Below are positions 57,862-64,000 of a DNA stretch of 64,000 bases, one piece after another. Numbering within the stretch: the stretch's first letter is position 1; each line of letters starts with the position of its first letter. The stretch lies in assembly GCF_009914755.1 (NCBI RefSeq), contig NC_060948.1. One strand, written 5' to 3'. Source of the stretch: the human T2T-CHM13v2.0 reference genome, Homo sapiens. The notes below the pieces were generated by a model. That model was not told where the DNA came from. It worked only from the letters and a program-made list of their open reading frames with translations, and did no database searches. Position numbers and translations under genes: made by a program.

Positions 57862-59966
57862 AGATCCATATTTTTTAAATGAAAAAAAATTTCAAAGGTA
57901 CTCTGCTTGGTACAATAATCAAATGTATAAACTGAGGAATAAAACATAACCATGAAACCTACTTATAACTGCATATGGAAAATACAGAGGATAATTTTTT
58001 AAATAACATATTTTGAAAGCCTTAACTAGTAATTTGAAGAGTTGGCATTTGAAAGGCCAGTATGAATATACCTTCAAAGCAGCAACACAGGTTCCCCATG
58101 AGAAAAAGCAAACACAGGGAAAATAAAAACACAAAGGTTCAATCTCTTCTGACCTTTGAAAGACACAGCACAGACAGTGGTCCTTAGGACGAAGAGCAGG
58201 AGACCCCTAATTCCGTCACCATGGCGATAGGGCATAAACATTGCTGGGTGAGGGCACAATCCACATTGTGAGGTCCAACTGCTGCCAGGAAGACAGGAGT
58301 GCTTTTACATAGACCGAAAGGTCATTGAAGGCTCAGAGTTTTGTTTCAAGAACTGAATCCCAAGCCCACACGTTATTAGGCTGTGCTTCCTAAAACAAGT
58401 TATGAGATGGGAAAAAGGGCACCCACAAACATACGTATACATTATGTATATAATAATATACAGTATCATATATATAATATATATAACCTATGTATAATAT
58501 TGTTTTACATCCTGCATCTTATGTTATATATATTGTATAAAATATAATAATTGATAATATATAAGTTTTATAATTATACAATATGACATATAGTATATAT
58601 TATAATTTATGACATATATAATATATGTCATATATCATATATAGAATATATTATACGGTTAATATACGTATTAAATATAAATTATACATTATATATATTA
58701 TATATAATATATCTGTTATATATAATACCCATTATGCATAATATATATATTATGTCTATGTTATATATAGTATAAAACAACATATAATAATGTATAATTG
58801 TATATATAAAATGCGACATATAATATATATTATATTTTATAACATATGTAATATATATTATATATTATATATAATACGTTGTATGTATAATACCTATATT
58901 AAATATATATTATATGACTATGTTATTAATTACATGTCACATGTGTTATATATTATATATTTTACATAGAATATACCGGTTACATACAATATATACTATG
59001 TTACCTATAATGTATAATTTATTACATGTAAAATAAAGAATGCAATATATTATGTATAATTTATAATATACCATATGTGGAATGTGATATATATAACATA
59101 TAATATATGATATATGATATACAGTATTTGATATATAACATACAATATATGATTCCTAATATATATGGTATACAATATATATTTTATGATATGTATTCTA
59201 TATGTTTTATATTCTGTTATATATAACTATTTGAAATTATATATAACTGTATAATATTTTATGTAAATATGTAATATAATATATATAACTATATAATATA
59301 TTATATATAACTATATATTATGTTATATATACTTTTATAACATAATTTACATAAAATATCATAATATAATATATATTATATTATTTCATATTAGATAATA
59401 TATATTACATATCACCCAATATAACTAACATACATAATATTATAATATAGATTATATTATGTTATATTAAATATCATATATATCATGTATCATATATTCT
59501 ATAATATATATTACACATTATATAATATGTATGTTGTCTATCATGTGATATATATAACTCTATATATAATTATATTTTTATACATATAACTAGATAAACA
59601 TGTAATTCTACATATTTTCATTTATAATATGTAGAATTATATAATCATATATAATTATTTATATTCTATAAAAAATTTTATCATTATATAAATTATAATA
59701 TATAAAAATTATAATATGTACTACAAATATATATATTATATATCATATATGATATAGTACCTTTGTTATATATCATAATACATATAAATGTGTATTATGC
59801 TATCTATAATTATATAATTTCATATATAAGATGTATAATATGTATCATATATTATATATGTTATGTAATATATACAGTATATATAAGATGACACAGGATA
59901 AATATTATATACTATGACATATAAAATATATGAGGTTATATGTTACATATAAGGCATAGCACATAA

Positions 59967-60281
<315 letters not shown>

Positions 60282-62379
60282 AGATCCATATTTTTTAAAT
60301 GAAAAAAAATTTCAAAGGTACTCTGCTTGGTACAATAATCAAATGTATAAACTGAGGAATAAAACATAACCATGAAACCTACTTATAACTGCATATGGAA
60401 AATACAGAGGATAATTTTTTAAATAACATATTTTGAAAGCCTTAACTAGTAATTTGAAGAGTTGGCATTTGAAAGGCCAGTATGAATATACCTTCAAAGC
60501 AGCAACACAGGTTCCCCATGAGAAAAAGCAAACACAGGGAAAATAAAAACACAAAGGTTCAATCTCTTCTGACCTTTGAAAGACACAGCACAGACAGTGG
60601 TCCTTAGGACGAAGAGCAGGAGACCCCTAATTCCGTCACCATGGCGATAGGGCATAAACATTGCTGGGTGAGGGCACAATCCACATTGTGAGGTCCAACT
60701 GCTGCCAGGAAGACAGGAGTGCTTTTACATAGACCGAAAGGTCATTGAAGGCTCAGAGTTTTGTTTCAAGAACTGAATCCCAAGCCCACACGTTATTAGG
60801 CTGCGCTTCTTAAAACAAGTTATGAGATGGGAAAAAGGGCACCCACAAACATACGTATACATTATGTATATAATAATATACAGTATCATATATATAATAT
60901 ATATAACCTATGTATAATATTGTTTTACATCCTGCATCTTATGTTATATATATTGTATAAAATATAATAATTGATAATATATAAGTTTTATAATTATACA
61001 ATATGACATATAGTATATATTATAATTTATGACATATATAATATATGTTATATATCATATATAGAATATATTATACGGTTAATGTACGTATTAAATATAA
61101 ATTATACGTTATATATATTATATATAATATATCTGTTATATATAATACCCATTATGCATAATATATATATTATGTCTATGTTATATATAGTATAAAACAA
61201 CATATAATAATATATAATTGTATATATAAAATGCGACATATAATATATATTATATTTTATAACATATGTAATATATATTATATATAATACGTTGTATGTA
61301 TAATACCTATATTAAATATATATTATATGACTATGTTATTAATTACATGTCACATGTGTTATATATTATATATTTTACATAGAATATACTGGTTACATAC
61401 AATATATACTATGTTACCTATAATGTATAATTTATTACATGTAAAATAAAGAATGCAATATATTATGTATAATTTATAATATACAATATGTGGAATGTGA
61501 TATATATAACATATAATATATGATATATGATATACAGTATATGATATATAACATACAATATATGATTCCTAATATATATGGTATACAATATATATTTTAT
61601 GATATGTATTCTATATGTTTTATATTCTGTTATATATAACTATTTGAAATTATATATAACTGTATAATATTTTATGTAAATATGTAATATAATATATATA
61701 ACTATATAATATATTATATATAACTATATATTATGTTATATATACTTTTATAACATAATTTACATAAAATATCATAATATAATATATATTATATTATTTC
61801 ATATTACATAATATATATTACATATCACCCAATATAACTAACATACATAATATTATAATATAGATTATATTGTGTTATATTAAATATCATATATATCATG
61901 TATCATATATTCTATAATATATATTACACATTATATAATATGTATGTTGTTTATTATGTGATATATATAACTCTATATATAATTATATTTTTATACATAT
62001 AACTAGATAAACATGTAATTCTACATATTTTCATTTATAATATGTAGAATTATATAATCATATATAATTATTTATATTCTATAAAAAATTTTATCATTAT
62101 ATAAATTATAATATATAAAAATTATAATATGTACTACAAATATATATATTATATATCATATATGATATAGTACCTTTGTTATATATCATAATACATATAA
62201 ATGTGTATTATGTTATCTATAATTATATAATTTCATATATAAGATGTATAATATGTAACATATATTATATATGTTATGTAACATATATAGTATATATAAG
62301 ATGACACAGGATAAATATTATATACTATGACATATAAAATATATGAGGTTATATGTTACATATAAGGCATAGCACATAA

Positions 62380-62694
<315 letters not shown>

Positions 62695-64000
62695 AGATCC
62701 ATATTTTTTAAATGAAAAAAAATTTCAAAGGTACTCTGCTTGGTACAATAATCAAATGTATAAACTGAGGAATAAAACATAACCATGAAACCTACTTATA
62801 ACTGCATATGGAAAATACAGAGGATAATTTTTTAAATAACATATTTTGAAAGCCTTAACTAGTAATTTGAAGAGTTGGCATTTGAAAGGCCAGTATGAAT
62901 ATACCTTCAAAGCAGCAACACAGGTTCCCCATGAGAAAAAGCAAACACAGGGAAAATAAAAACACAAAGGTTCAATCTCTTCTGACCTTTGAAAGACACA
63001 GCACAGACAGTGGTCCTTAGGACGAAGAGCAGGAGACCCCTAATTCCGTCACCATGGCGATAGGGCATAAACATTGCTGGGTGAGGGCACAATCCACATT
63101 GTGAGGTCCAACTGCTGCCAGGAAGACAGGAGTGCTTTTACATAGACCGAAAGGTCATTGAAGGCTCAGAGTTTTGTTTCAAGAACTGAATCCCAAGCCC
63201 ACACGTTATTAGGCTGCGCTTCTTAAAACAAGTTATGAGATGGGAAAAAGGGCACCCACAAACATACGTATACATTATGTATATAATAATATACAGTATC
63301 ATATATATAATATATATAACCTATGTATAATATTGTTTTACATCCTGCATCTTATGTTATATATATTGTATAAAATATAATAATTGATAATATATAAGTT
63401 TTATAATTATACAATATGACATATAGTATATATTATAATTTATGACATATATAATATATGTTATATGTCATATATAGAATATATTATACGGTTAATATAC
63501 GTATTAAATATAAATTATACATTATATATATTATATATAATATATCTGTTATATATAATACCCATTATGCATAATATATATATTATGTCTATGTTATATA
63601 TAGTATAAAACAACATATAATAATATATAATTGTATATATAAAATGCGACATATAATATATATTATATTTTATAACATATGTAATATATATTATATATAA
63701 TACGTTGTATGTATAATACCTATATTAAATATATATTATATGACTATGTTATTAATTACATGTCACATGTGTTATATATTATATATTTTACATAGAATAT
63801 ACTGGTTACATACAATATATACTATGTTACCTATAATGTATAATTTATTACATGTAAAATAAAGAATGCAATATATTATGTATAATTTATAATATACAAT
63901 ATGTGGAATGTGATATATATAACATATAATATATGATATATGATATACAGTATATGATATATAACATACAATATATGATTCCTAATATATATGGTATACA

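Overview
The whole 64 kb is one uninterrupted, head-to-tail tandem array of about 26.5 copies of a ~2.41-2.42 kb composite unit, all in the same orientation. Each unit has three parts on the + strand: a ~1.55 kb extremely AT-rich degenerate (TA)n-like block, a ~292 bp diverged 5'-truncated Alu on the minus strand, and a ~570 bp mixed-composition segment (HSATI-like). The unit size, three-part architecture and a predicted ~2.15 kb HaeIII fragment match the human DYZ2 / HSat1B satellite, most likely from Yq12 heterochromatin (smaller HSat1B arrays on acrocentric short arms are the alternative). I find no credible protein-coding gene, RNA gene, CRISPR array or new enzymatic system; the repeated ORFs are by-products of the repeat. 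The points of interest are evolutionary and structural: a 16-bp duplication fixed inside the Alu, a candidate L1-endonuclease insertion signature, possible relic inverted symmetry across the AT block, a recurrent 7-bp indel, and variant sharing between units at offsets of 1, 2, 3, 6, 8, 12, 13, 14 and 15 units with no fixed higher-order repeat. Units are named by the position of the anchor TCAAAGCAGCAA: U0=63, U1=2481, U2=4901, U3=7314, U4=9723, U5=12142, U6=14562, U7=16982, U8=19397, U9=21810, U10=24229, U11=26642, U12=29061, U13=31474, U14=33893, U15=36310, U16=38730, U17=41143, U18=43556, U19=45975, U20=48394, U21=50814, U22=53234, U23=55654, U24=58074, U25=60494, U26=62907. All variant comparisons were made by eye and need alignment to confirm.
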